Shown here piece after piece: positions 29,915 to 44,000 of a DNA stretch of 64,000 bases. How positions within the stretch are numbered: the first letter of the stretch is position 1; each line of letters begins with the position of its first letter. The notes under the pieces are model-generated. The model worked only from the letters and a program-made list of their open reading frames with translations, was not told the origin of the DNA and did not search any database. The position numbers were made by a program, and so were the translations under genes. The stretch is from NCBI GenBank assembly GCA_002104945.1, contig MCFH01000001.1:1798001-1862000 (forward strand), given 5' to 3'. This stretch comes from Piromyces finnis finn. Lineage: Eukaryota; Fungi; Neocallimastigomycota.

Positions 29915-31756
29915 ATGAAAACTTCCTCTGCTATTATGATATCTTTAGCCTTAGTTGCTAAAGCTTCTGCTGACTGTTGGTCAGAACGTCTTGGTTATAA
30001 ATGTTGCTCATACTCAACTGAGGTTATCTACACTGATAATGATGGAAAATGGAGTATTGAAAATAATGAATGGTGTGGTATTGTTAGTAACTCAGCATCA
30101 GCAAATTGTTGGGCTTCCAGATTAGGATATCCATGTTGTAAGAATAGTGATGTACCTATTGAAATTGATAGTGATGGTATCTGGGGTATTGAAAATAATG
30201 AATGGTGTGGTATTGTTAGTCATCAACCTAATTATTCGACAACTACAACAAATGCACCAAAGCCAACCCAAAATCCACAAAGACCAAATAAACTTTCAAA
30301 AACAGATATTACTACAGGTGTTAGACAAAAGTATGCTTCAAACTTTAATAATGGTGAATTCCAAGGTTTTGGTACTAGTTTCTGTTGGTGGGCTAATAGA
30401 CTTGGTTATTCCGATATCTTATCTGAAAAGAGTGCTACTGCCTTTTATGATAAAGAAAAAGGTTTAGGTCTTACCATTATTCGTTATAATATTGGTGGTG
30501 GTGATAATCCAACCCACGATCACATTACTAGAACTGATTCAAACATGCCAGGTTATGCTATTAACCCAAGCAACAATGGTGGAAATTATCGCTGGGATTA
30601 CAATTGGAATAGTGATGCTAATCAAAGAAATGCTTTAATGAAGGCATTAGCTAAAAACAGAGATGAAATTATTGTTGAAGGTTTTTCAAACTCTCCACCA
30701 TACTTTATGACTAACTCTGGATGTTCAACTGGTAACTTCAATGCTGGACAAGATAATCTTAGAAGTGATGCCTATCCTGCTTTTGCAAAATATCTCGCTG
30801 ATGTTGCTAAACACTTTAAGCAAAGTTGGGGTGTTACCTTCCAAAGTATTACACCAGTAAACGAACCATTCACCAGTTACTGGGGTGCCAATAGTAACAA
30901 GCAAGAAGGTTGTCACTTTGACCAAGGTAATTCTGAATCCAAAATTATTATTGAACTTTCAAAGGCTCTTAAGCAAAAAGGTCTTGGAGATATGCAAATC
31001 AGTGGTACTGATGAAACCTCTATTGATACACAAATTGATTCCTTTAAAAAATTAAGTAGTGAAGCCCAAAGTATTGTCACTAGACTTGATACCCATACCT
31101 ACGGTGGTTCTAAACGTGATGAATTAAGACTTCTTGCTGAAAATAATAGAAAGAATCTTTGGATGTCTGAAGTTGATGGTTCTGGTACTGAAGGTACTAA
31201 TGCTGGAGAAATGGGAGCTGGTTTATGGCTTTCTAATCGTATTATTACTGATTTGAATGGTCTTAGAGCCTCTGCTTGGATTTTATGGCAAGTTGTTGAT
31301 AATCACATCAGTAAAAATGGTTACAATGGTAAAAAGGATAGTGGTATGGTTGATATTAACAAAGGTTTCTGGGGTGTAGCTGTTGCCAATCATGATACCA
31401 ATGAAATTATTCTCACTCAAAAGTATTATGCCTTTGGTCAATTCAGTAGATACATTCGTCCAGGATACCTTATTATTGGTTGTTACAATAATTCTGTTGC
31501 TGCCTATGATAAGAAGGGTAAAAAACTTGTTATTGTTCAAACCAATACTGCTGGTAGTACCAAAACCATTGATTATGATTTATCTGATTTCCACAGTGTT
31601 GGTTATAAGGTAAGAGTTATTAGAACTAGTGGTTCTATTCAAAATGGTGAACACTGGGCTGAACTTGAACCAATTGTTCCATACGGTAAAGGTTTTAATG
31701 CTGAATTAAAGGCTAATTCCGTCACCACCTTTATTGTTGAAGATGTTGAATGGTAA
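29915..31756 (+). CDS. Secreted cellulosomal glycoside hydrolase: signal peptide, 2 fungal dockerins (CBM10-like), T/P/Q linker, GH30 catalytic domain (resembles the endo-beta-1,6-galactanase-type subfamilies); intronless
   Basis: Signal peptide [19 protein letters not shown]. Two CWxxxLGYxCC...[11 protein letters not shown] domains. GH30 motifs [35 protein letters not shown] (acid/base Glu), LWMSEV (nucleophile Glu), [15 protein letters not shown]. Confidence 0.9.
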   Translation: MKTSSAIMISLALVAKASADCWSERLGYKCCSYSTEVIYTDNDGKWSIENNEWCGIVSNSASANCWASRLGYPCCKNSDVPIEIDSDGIWGIENNEWCGIVSHQPNYSTTTTNAPKPTQNPQRPNKLSKTDITTGVRQKYASNFNNGEFQGFGTSFCWWANRLGYSDILSEKSATAFYDKEKGLGLTIIRYNIGGGDNPTHDHITRTDSNMPGYAINPSNNGGNYRWDYNWNSDANQRNALMKALAKNRDEIIVEGFSNSPPYFMTNSGCSTGNFNAGQDNLRSDAYPAFAKYLADVAKHFKQSWGVTFQSITPVNEPFTSYWGANSNKQEGCHFDQGNSESKIIIELSKALKQKGLGDMQISGTDETSIDTQIDSFKKLSSEAQSIVTRLDTHTYGGSKRDELRLLAENNRKNLWMSEVDGSGTEGTNAGEMGAGLWLSNRIITDLNGLRASAWILWQVVDNHISKNGYNGKKDSGMVDINKGFWGVAVANHDTNEIILTQKYYAFGQFSRYIRPGYLIIGCYNNSVAAYDKKGKKLVIVQTNTAGSTKTIDYDLSDFHSVGYKVRVIRTSGSIQNGEHWAELEPIVPYGKGFNAELKANSVTTFIVEDVEW

Positions 31757-32572
31757 ATGAAGAAATAAAAGGAAAAAAAATCCTCTTACCTATCTAAAAA
31801 AGAAATGAATTTATTTCATTTTGGAAAAAAAAAAAATTTACCATTTCAATCTTATCATTTAAATTTATTATTAAAATTAAAAAGTAGATTTTTTATATAT
31901 ACATAAAAATTTCTTTATTTGTTGTTTATAATTGTAAAATATCTGATGAAAATAAATAAAATTTAAAAAAAAAAAAAAATTGAACCCAAGTATAGGATGT
32001 AATAAAATGAATTTTATAAATTTTTAAATAGCTTTAAAAAGGTATTTGTTAAAAAAACTTGATATACTATAGCAAAGATGTACAATGAGTAAAAAAAAAA
32101 TTTTTTTACACTATAGTTTAATTTCTGTATGGTAAATTATAGTTAATGAAATTAGACTCAATGGAGTATCTTTATTTTTTTTTAAAGATTTTATTACGAT
32201 TGAATATATATATTTATAATGAATAACACTTGGTGTTAAAAAGAAAAATGTTTCATAAACAAGAGACATAAGAATGATTCAAATAATAATAATAAAAAAA
32301 AAAAAGAAAAAGAAAAGAAAATAATGATTATTTATTTTGTTTATTTATTAGAATATTAAGTATAAAAAAAAAAAAGGCATGCTATTATGTATATTCAAAT
32401 TATAGTACACCAATAAAGCGTATCAATTTTAAATATTAGCGTACTGTACCATTTTAAAAGCCATATAACAATATAATTTTATATATATATATATTGATTT
32501 TTTTCTTGATAATTTATTCTTCTAATTGAATAAGCTATATTTTTAATAAATAAATAATAAATATAACCATCA

Positions 32573-32605
<33 letters not shown>

Positions 32606-32898
32606 TTTTTTTTTGAACATTTATGGTCACATAATTTTATTTATCTATTTCATATATTTATAAATACACGTGACTAGTTTATAAAAACATAAACATGTAT
32701 TAAAAGTGTTGTAAACGTAATGTCTACGTGTTGTAGAGATAGTAATTTTTATTTATTTTATTTTATATGGTTCCATGGCCTTATATCTCATTATATAACT
32801 GTAACTTTTATAATGTAACTTTTTCTCTTTGTTAGCCTTTTTAATAAAATTATTTATTTCCCAATTTTATTTTTTAAAAAAATTTAAACAGTTCTCTA

Positions 32899-32902
<4 letters not shown>

Positions 32903-32950
<48 letters not shown>

Positions 32951-33480
32951 TTCCGAGTGCATTTCTCCCATCGATCAGAGTTAGCTCCAATGGTGGTTCT
33001 TAGAGAAACGTTGGCTCATTCCTATTGCTAGGTGGTTGTGACCCTCCTGGTCTGTCATACTGTTTCTTCAGCTTCGACGCTCACTTAATCCATGTACATT
33101 AGATGCATGTCGTTGTACGATATTTCACAACTACAATGCTAAGCCTCTTATAGTCAATTTGATCACGTGTCAACCGCCCCCTAATGTTTACACTTAAATT
33201 GATTAAGGAATATTATGTGTTTTTGGCATAGCCTAAGTCACCACTTATTAAGTTCTAATTTGGAATGTACCATGTACACTAGACCCTCTCAGGCCGGCTA
33301 GACGAGTGTTATTATCATAGTAGTAAATTAGAAAGTTCATTTATACTTACCTGAATATCATAACCCAACCCATGGCAAACCCAGTGGGAAAATCCACAGG
33401 CACTGACATCTGCGGGGTCGAACCAGAAGCCTTATGTATGCTAAGGAAACGCCTTAACAACCAGGATAAAAACTGGAACG
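32903..33480 (-). mobile_element. tRNA-derived SINE (non-autonomous retroposon), 578 bp including poly(A) tail
   Basis: Roughly 40% GC island in much more AT-rich DNA. Uninterrupted T run at 32902-32947 is a poly(A) tail on the minus strand. Perfect 15-bp direct repeat ACAGTTCTCTAAGCT at 32888-32902 and 33481-33495. The minus-strand 5' head has a D-loop/A-box-like CCTGGTTGTTAAGGCG, a CCTTAGCAT anticodon-loop-like segment and a B box GGTTCGACCCC. Confidence 0.88.
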
Positions 33481-34802
33481 ACAGTTCTCTAAGCTAACCT
33501 TTAATTTTTTATTAAAAAAAATTTCTATTTTTAAATAGAATTAAATTAAGGTCACATGAAAATCAAATACTAACCTTTTTAATAATAATTTTATAAAAAA
33601 ATGGTAATAGTAATGAAATGGTTGTACCAATGAAATTAAAGCATTGGCAATTTTTAAAAATTAAAAATTTTAAACTTTTTAATTTCAAGTACAATAGTAA
33701 TATATTATGAGCAAAAGCAGTAGCATTTCAATATAGAAATAAAAAATTACTATTTTTGATTAATTTGGGATAAATACTTTTTTGGAGGGAATAAAAAATA
33801 AAAAAAGTAGCTTTTTTAGGTAACATAATTGTAAATAATTATTATTGTTTATAATACAATTTCTTTATTTCCACTTTATTTTTTTTTCATTCATTATGTA
33901 TAGATTACATCATGATAAAGTATTTTTTGATGACACAATAAAATGTTATTAAAATAATAAACTAATAATGATTTATATTTAATACATGTCATAAAATGAA
34001 TATTATATGTTATTATTATAAATAAAGTTTAAATAATACTAAAGCAAAGGAAAAAAAAAAGCATGACAAATTTAATACATTAATTCTCATACAGCTTTTT
34101 TTTTTTAAAAAAAAAAAAGCGTGTTAACCTTAAATTATTTCATGATTCATTCATCTTACCTAAAGATTTAATACGATTAAAAAACTTAGAAAATTCTTTT
34201 TAAATAATATTTATTAATAGCAATAAAGTTTGTTTTGGTTTTATTCATAAAATAAAACAATATTAACAATAATAATAGTATTTAAAAAAAATTTAAAAAA
34301 AAAAAGTTTATAATTTTAATAATTATTATTATATATAAAGAATTAGATTAATTAAATGAATTTTTTTTTTTGAAAAGTATTTAATAAAACACGGATTTTA
34401 AAATACATTTTTTTTCTTTATAGTGGAATCTAATACGTAATATCATATTAATTATAAATTATTTTTGTTTTATTTTAACCTTTTTTTTTTTTTGTAATAA
34501 AGTTTTTATATTTAAATTTTATTAAAATGTATTAAATTAAAATTTATAATGATTTTTAAAGTCATATCTGAGTTTAGAGTTTAACTTTGTTTTATAAAAA
34601 AAAAAAAGATTTTAAACTCTATTTTTATTTTAATAGAAAAAAAGAACAGTACTTAAAGTTTATCTATGTATGAAAAACTAGATTATCGATTTTATCTGAT
34701 GTAATCAGTAATACTTTTAAATCAATGACTTGTTATAATAATGCATTTAATTATAATTTAAAAAATTTTTTTGATGCATTTAATCCATTAAAATCAATAG
34801 TC

Positions 34803-34833
<31 letters not shown>

Positions 34834-36501
34834 AAATATTGAGAAATTGATGATAGTTTTTCATTATAAGTATTTCCTTTTTTATAACTTTTACAAAAAG
34901 AAGGTAACTTAGTAGTAATAAGAAGAAGATATGTACTACAATAATAATAATAATAATTAATTAACCCATAAATTTTAAATTAAAGGTTAAATTAAACCCA
35001 TCATTTTGATATTAAAAACCTAAAAAAAAGTTCCACAACCAAATTTTTTTTTTCTCATAATAAACTAAAAAGCATATTAAATTTTTTCTCTTGTAGAAAT
35101 TTCTATGACTAATGTGTGACCCTTTTTTTTTAAGCAAAAAAGTTAAAAATTGTGCTTATGATTAGATCTCAATATACGCCATATCAAATAATTATATCAT
35201 GGTATTAAATAACCATATTGAATTATAATGATGATATAATGATAGTAAAGAAAAAAAAGTAATATTTTTTATTAATAATTAAGACTCTTTATTTTTAGTT
35301 TTTTTTATATAAACTAAAAATAAAGTTGAAGAAAAATCAAGGAGTTTTTTTTGTGTGTAACACTTTTTAAAAAAAATATTATCATAAAATATTTATTTTT
35401 TTTTGTTATTTTTTTAGTATTTCTCCCCTGTTTTTTTTATTTTATTTTTTTTCTATTATTATTTGTGGAAAATATAAAAAAAAAATAGAAAAAGTAGTAA
35501 ACATTCTAGACTTCAAATTTTTGTTACAGATTGGATAATCATGTAACATTGAAGGTAATCCATTGCCATACTTTCCATTAATAGCTTTAACTTTTACTAA
35601 AATAAAAAAAGTAGAAAAAGACAATTATATTATTTATATTTAATATTAAATAAATAGTTAAATAATATAATTATCTTTTTCTACTTCAAGAATCCTCCCG
35701 ATTATATCTTTTTTTTTTTTTTAAAAAAAAGCTTGTTATGATAAAGAAAGAAAAAGGTTAAGTCTATTTTTTTTGATATCATTTTGGAAAATGGAAAAAA
35801 TAAATTCATATATATATTATCCATATAATAATAATAAATTCATATATATTAAAACACAAATATTTATAGTAACTAATATATATAAAATATATTATTTATA
35901 TATAATAATATGTTATATGAATCTCTATAATAAAATATATGATATCACTTATGATAATATATTGAATAATATAAAATTTAATATATTATTATATGTTACA
36001 CATTATATTATTATTTAATTATAATTTTACAAAAAAGTTAATTTTTTAATTCAAGGAATTTTTTATTTTCTTTTTTTTTTAAATTTTTTTGTACATTTAA
36101 GCTGAGATTAAATAATAATATATTAGTTTACATTGTAATATATACCATATAAAATAAACATTACAGTCATAGAATTTAGAATTTAATAGATAAATATATA
36201 TTATATGTACTTAATATATTACAGTATAAACCTTATATATTAATAAATGGATAAAGAAAAAAATATTTTTGGTGAGTTTTAAAATTTTGATGTTATAAAA
36301 TATAAAAATTTGCAATTTTTTTTTTTTAAAAAACTATTTAAAGTGATAAAAAGAACCTTTTTTTTAATTTTTTAATTTTATATTAAATTTATAGTTTTAA
36401 TAAATAATTGAAAAAGTAAACAAATTTATTATAAAGTCAAAAGAAATAATTAATTAAAATACTTGAAAAAACACTTTAACAAAAAAGAAAGAATAATAAA
36501 A

Positions 36502-36744
36502 ATGACTGGTGCTATGTACAAGATTAGAGATTCTGATGAACTTGAAGAAATTATGTTAAATTCTACAAAGAATTCACAAATTTGCAATTCACAATCTGAT
36601 TTACTTAGTTTTCTCTCACCAAAAATTCTTATGAGAAGAAATGCAGTAAATGAAGACGAAATAAGAAAGGCCATAGCTCATTTAAATATAAATGTTAAAA
36701 GAAATACTGGTATATCTACTTCTTCACCTGTGGTTGCTGTTTAA
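36502..36744 (+). CDS. Small 80-aa uncharacterised protein containing RRNAV (PKA pseudosubstrate-like motif)
   Basis: ATG in an A-rich context (ATAAAAATG), locally raised GC and mixed amino-acid composition unlike the intergenic ORFs. A possible upstream intron (GTGAGT at 36272 to AAAG ending 36436) suggests a spliced leader. Confidence 0.55.
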   Translation: MTGAMYKIRDSDELEEIMLNSTKNSQICNSQSDLLSFLSPKILMRRNAVNEDEIRKAIAHLNINVKRNTGISTSSPVVAV

Positions 36745-37431
36745 GTAAAATAAGTGATAGAGTTGTTACTCTGGTTCAACATTATTTCCTTTTGAAGATA
36801 CTGTAGAGTACGGTATATAATAAAAGAAATAATTTAGTTTTTTTCAAGAATTGAAAAAGTGTAATATAGAATACCTCATAAACAATTAGTAATATCTTAA
36901 TTATTCCATTCCATATCTTATTCAAAATAATACCTAATAATATATCGTTATTATCAAAATTTGTAAGAAAAATAATACAATTATTGTATTATAATACCAA
37001 GTTACAAACATCCAAAATTATTTTTATCTATCAAAGGGTTATCCATAAATAACAGAATACATTATGATTATTATAAAAAATATAAAAGATATTTTTTAAA
37101 AAAAGAATGAAAATAACATTTAATATTCTGTTAATTATTTATTTATAGAGCTTTATTAGTTTTTTATATATTAGTTTTTAGAATGAAATATTTTTTTTCT
37201 CATATTTATTTCCATTATTTATTCATATTTAAAAAAATAAATAAAATTAAAATCAAAGAATTAAAACAGTAGAAATACTCTTTTTTGCAGTAATAAGTCA
37301 TTTATAGTGTTTGTAAGGTTTTCTAATTTTTTTTATAATTTAGTTTTTAAAGTTTGTCAATATTTAATTTAGTTATGATAAATAATTTAAATATTTTTAT
37401 TTCTAAATTTCTAATAATATTAATGAATATT

Positions 37432-37538
<107 letters not shown>

Positions 37539-37570
37539 CATAATAATAATAATTAGAATAATAATAATTA

Positions 37571-37605
<35 letters not shown>

Positions 37606-38162
37606 TTTCGAATAATAAATTAATATATTAAAATGGGAATTAAAAACAAAACAAATTAAAAATGATAATACTAAAAAATTATATTAATCTATTACAAATT
37701 AACTTTAAATTTTTTTTTTCCTTTTGGATAAAAAATAAGCATAATTAGTATTAATATTTTTTATATGAAAAATATTGAATGAATAAAAGAAAAACAATTG
37801 TTAATTTTGTTCTTTATTTTTTAAAACAATAACAAAACTATAATATTGTTATATCGATCAATTTAAGAATAAAAATTTAAAGTAATGTTCTTATTTTCAA
37901 GATACGAAAAAAAATCAATTAATATTTATTATCCTTTTTATAAAAATACAGAAAAGATAAAATATAATTTTTATAATAATATATTATTTTTCATTTTTCA
38001 TTTCATTTTATTTTATTTTAATTTTTTTTTTTTTTTTAAAAAAAAAACCTTAATTGCAAAGATAATATATACATCTTTTTATTTTATTTTTAAATTTTTA
38101 TTCATGACTCAATATTTGTAAATAAATTAGAATGAATGTTGAATATAATACTTAAAATTTAT

Positions 38163-38193
<31 letters not shown>

Positions 38194-39540
38194 TTTAATA
38201 TTAATCATAAGAACAAATTAATTAATATAAGGAAAAATTAGTATTATACTTTTTTAATTAATGTTGAAAATGTTTATACTACAAACATTATGTCATTGTT
38301 AAGAAATAAAAAGTAACTTTTAATATTGAAAGGTTTATAAAATATTGTATTATAAAACTATAAATTTGTATATTGAATAAGAGAACTTTTTTTTTTGAAA
38401 AAAAATCTTTATTCTTTTAAGCATTTAAAATTATATTATTAATCCTTTTTTTTAATATCTTGAAAAATATGTATTATATATTTATTATAGTTATATTACT
38501 ATTATTTAATTTGTAATAAGTTATACGGAAAAAGAGTGTTGACTTTTTTATATAAAAGATTAATACAAGAATTAAAAACTATGATGGAAATTTTTAAAGT
38601 AAACATTTTATTATAATATTAATTAATTTTCTGATATTAATTAATTATTAAAATATTAAAAATTTAATTTAAATTAAAAATTTTAATATTTATTTTTATA
38701 ATTAATTTTAATATTATATAATTAAAATTTTAATGTATATGTATAAAAAGGAAAAATAATTAAAAAAAAGAAAATCTTTATTCCTCTTTTATGGGAGAGG
38801 AACTTTTTAAAATCTAAAAGGTATTGCTATAACTAGTGATTTCTTATATGAATTTTTTATATTTTAATTATTTATTATTTATATTAAATATAAAAATAAT
38901 ATAATAAAACAAAATAAGATTCTAGTTGAAACAATTCTTTACCAAATATAGAATGATGATATTATTATAATTTATAATAAAGTTATAAATGGAATCTTTA
39001 TTTTCTAGTTTATTCTTTTTTTTTTTTGTACTCTGTTAATATTCTTTTCTTATACAGTTAAAATGTAAATACAGAAAAAAAATAGAATAATTTTCCATTT
39101 TTATAATAAATAAAATTCTAAAACATTTTGTTTTTATATTATTATCTGATAGATTAAAATACACAATGGTAAACATTTTTTTTTGAGTTAATATTGTGAA
39201 AATGTGAACAAAAAATTACATTACTAAAATTATATAAATATAAAACATTAATATTGAATTATTATATTTACTTTAAAGACTAACAAATAGAATTTAACTT
39301 AAAAAAAAAAAAAGAATGTGTTTTATATAATTCTCAATAAATTTTCATATATTAAAAAAAAAAAAAAAAAAAAACTAAAAAATGTACATAAAAATAATCA
39401 ATAGTACTTAATATTATTGAATTAAAATATTTTTAATATTATTAGTATGAATTTTTTTACTAATAATTAAATAAATATATATATTTAACTGAACTTTTGG
39501 TTGGAATTAATAATATGAATATGAATATTTAATCTCCAAA

Positions 39541-39709
<169 letters not shown>

Positions 39710-41007
39710 TTAATTCATAAAATTAACTTTAAATAAATCATGCTATCATTTATTACATTTTATTATTATAAAAGGTATAGTGTATATAAAATTTTTTAAA
39801 GTATTTCAATGTATTTAATTTTTATTAAAGGTTTTAATATTTATTAAAAATATATGAATTATGTAGTTTTTTTTTTAAAAAAAAGTTAATAGAAGAAATG
39901 TTTACTTAAGGTTTTTTAGAAGAAATAAATTTAAGGAACATTCTGAATATATAAACTTTAAGTATTAGACCTTTTTTTCACCACAACAGAAAAAATTTTT
40001 TTAAGAAAGTTGAGCTAATTCAATATGATATCACACGTGATATTTTGATGATTGAATTTCATAATTTAATATTTTATGTAAAAGTATAATTAATAACTAT
40101 TATAATGACTGTGTAAAACTTTCTTATTTCACTTACTTTTAAAAATAAAATATGTTTCTTTTAAAAAAAAAAACATTTTAAAAATCCTTATAATTACAAA
40201 CAACCTTTATAAGCATATCCTTTTATAAATTTGTAACTTCTATCTTAATTTATTATTGAAATAATTCTAAAATATCTTTTTTGTTGTTATTTGTATATAT
40301 ATCAATGAACATTTGTTAATATTTATTACTTATAATAAATAATAAATATTAACAAAAAATTACTACTAAGAAATAAAGAAATAAAATTATATACTTTATG
40401 TACATGGATGGAAGTAGGAATGAAAAAAAAAAATTGGTATATATAAGAATTTTGTTAAAGGTTAATATCATTATTATTGTAATTTTAAAGATTTTAAAAT
40501 TTTACAAAAAAAAAAGAAAAATGTTATTTATAATTATATTTTAAAAAAATTTAAATTTTTATTGTTTTTCGGATTAAAATAAAAAGCCTTTTAAATGATT
40601 TAAGACCTATTATATCATATTATATATTTATAAATGATTTTTTAAATTGATGGTATACTACTGGAAATAAAAATTATTATTCATATACATGTTTTGAGAA
40701 CTTTGTAAAAAAAAATTTAAAACATTTTGTTTTAAAATTAAAGTTTAATGTATAGTAATTAAGTCGCTAATAAAAAATATAAAATTATTAATCTTTCATT
40801 AAAGTTTACAAGATATCTTTTATTTTTATTTATTTATTTATTTATTACTTTTGAAAAAATAATTATATAGTAAAATAAAAATTTTGAAGTAATTATTAGT
40901 AGTGTTTACATAATTTCTTAAAAACACTACCACTACCACTACCAATACCAATAATAATAATAATAATAATAATAAAAAGACATTTAAATCAGATAAGAAA
41001 ATAAAAA

Positions 41008-44000
41008 ATGAATGAGGATGAAAAAAGAACAAATAAAATTAGGTTGAATGAATTGGAGGTAAGAATATAAATAACTAAATCATAGGATAATTTATTCTAC
41101 TAAAGTATCCTATATATTTTGAATATATGTATTAGTATTAATATAAATATCTTTATATTTAAACATTATTAATAAATAAACATTATCATTAGAGAAGATT
41201 ACTTCCATTTTTCAATTCTCTTCCACAAGATGTTCCTGTTGGATGGATGATTCCATATTTATTTTTCATTGAAGGTTAATTAATACATATATAATATAAT
41301 ATATTAAATTGTTGTTATTATTAATCAGATATTTTTTTTTATCTTAATTTTTATGTGGATGGGCTATATAAAAAATTTTAGATTTTCAATTTCTTCAATA
41401 TGTTCAGTCATATTATGTTTATTTGAAACAAAGACCTTTTATTACAAAACTATTTACTGCATTCAATTCTAATGTCACTGGGTCTCTTCATTTTTGTAAT
41501 ATATATATTATAAATAATAAGTATATAAATAAATAAATAAAATTAATTATATATATATATATAATTTAGATTTCTTTTATATATTATATACTTTCAGTTT
41601 ACTATATATATATTTTATTTTGTGTAAGTCAATAATATTTTCAAGAAAAAAAAATTTATGTAATTAATCTATTATTGAATCTTATTTTCTTATTTATATT
41701 AAATACTTTATATAAGTTTATTATTTAAAGACAAACGGAAGGTATTCTATAAAAAAAATATTATAATCTAAGCAATGTATGAAAATATATTGATATGAAT
41801 TTTATTTTTTACCTTTGTTTAAATTTTATATTTATTATTTATGGTTCATTAAAGAAAATCTGTTTCTAAAAAAACCTTGAGAGTAAGTATAAAGATATAT
41901 TACTCATGTAATTAAAAATATTAAAAAAAAAATAAAATCTTCAATACTCACCTTAAACAATTTTCAAGTTTACAAATACAGTATACCAAATCATATTTAA
42001 GTAATTCATATATACTATATAGACATTATAGACATTAAAATCTTTGTAGTATAATATTTTTTGATTGACTATATTTTATATATTTTATATATATTATATA
42101 TAATATATAATATATAATATAGATATCTACTTACTTTTGGTAAAGATTTTTATATTATAATATTTTTTAAAAAAGTTTTAAAATAAATATATTAATAAAG
42201 AAATGTATATAAAGTATTGGGTTTCTATACTAGAACACTTTTCGTATGTTCAACACTTGATGGTTCTATGGGAATACCAAAATGTGGCTCTTTTTTATCT
42301 AATCTATAGTAAATTTTTTTGATATTTTTTTCTTAAAGTTTATTATTATAATAAGTAAATTATCTTTAATTAATTCAACTTATTTTTTTTTAAAATTATA
42401 ATACATATTTTTATTTAATTATAAAGCCTTGGAATAAATATCGCATGCATGCTTCTTATTTTTGTTTATAGTATAATGGTATTTTTTTGTTACCTATACA
42501 CCAAAATTATTATCATAAGAAATTATTAATGCTATTTTTTTTTTTAATTTTATTTATAGTACAGTAATTTTAATTTTAATACAAATTGTTTATCTAATGG
42601 AAAGTATTTTGGTTCAATTCATAAAGCTAATTGTAATAAATTATTACTTGTTAAATTTATTTTGGTAAATATATAAATAATAGTTTAAAAAAAAGCAATA
42701 TATAATTTATTGTAAAAAATAGTATTATTTAAAATTAAATTATAAATTTTTATATAATATATATATATATATTATATAATGTGCATAGCCATTCTTAGTT
42801 AATGTTGCAACAACTTATATGATACAACATCGTACAAGTCCAAAGATTATCATGGTTATTGTAGGTTTTGGAATTATGTTTACATTTTCATATTTAGCTA
42901 TTACCCAATTACTTTCCCAATCCTATTATTCAAGACCTATCAATAATTATAGATTTTCTGTTTATTTTACAATGGCGACATATTCAGCATTTGGTAATTT
43001 AAGTGATTTTCTTGGTATCAATTCTTCTCAACTTGTTTGTGATATAGCACCAGTTTTATTAGTAATTTTATTTATTACTGGTTATTTTATTAATAATTAT
43101 TATCATAAAAAGTCCCTGGAAAGAATATATAAAAACTTATGCAAAAAAAAGATTACAGATGATTTAAGGAATAACATGACTAATGATCAATTATATCAAA
43201 TAGAAAAGAAAAAAAAGAATATTTATAATTCAGTGGACAGAATTAGTAATTTGATTTGTCATATATTTAAATATATATAAATTTAAAAAATTAATTAGTA
43301 AATTAAATAATTTTTATTTTAAATTTATTCCAATATTTAGCAAAGGAAGTATTTGTTAAAAAGGAAATAAAAGTATTCAGAAACCTTTATGAATGTGAAT
43401 TTGCTTGCAGATTTATAAGGTTACTAAATTTAGCTGTTTATTAAAATATAAAAGCGTCATCTTTCATTATTTCATATTAAAGTATTAAATATGAATATAA
43501 TTAAATAGAGACAATCGAAGTATTGAAGCTTATAATATGATGAAAATGATATTTGAAGAAGGGTAAATTAAATTTTTAAATCGTCATCATTATATTGTAT
43601 TTATATAATAAATAATAATAAATATATCTTTAACATAAATCATGATATTGAAATTGTATTACTTTCATATATTATATATACAAGTATTCTTCAATATAAA
43701 CACGAAGCTGATGTAAGAATTTTTATTTGTTTCATCTATTTAATTCATATAAAATAATTATTATTCTTAAATATATATATACTTTAATTAATATTATTAA
43801 ATATTTGTAAAAGATCTATATTACTGCTTGGTATTATATGCATTCAATGAAGATTTTTTACAAAGAAAATAATCTTCTTCATAAATATGGCATGTATTTA
43901 TTTAATGCAGATCATATTTTAAATTCAGTCATGGATTTAAAATTAGATTTAAGAAAAAAATTCTTGGTTTCAAAAGCTCAAAGTTATATTGATATTGAAA

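Noticed and set aside
32950-32990. Possible hammerhead ribozyme in the SINE tail (CTGATCGA...GAAA on the minus strand)
   Set aside because: It does not match the CUGANGA core spacing, and I could not form the three required stems.
33400-33475. Functional tRNA gene
   Set aside because: The B box is present but the acceptor and anticodon stems do not pair properly, and the sequence lies inside a TSD-flanked, poly(A)-tailed element. It is a SINE head.
35442-35624. 60-aa minus-strand ORF in a slightly GC-richer patch
   Set aside because: No true ATG start, no recognisable motif and no neighbouring exons to join it to.
38649-38690. Near-palindromic AT stretch
   Set aside because: It consists only of A and T and is expected by chance in this composition.
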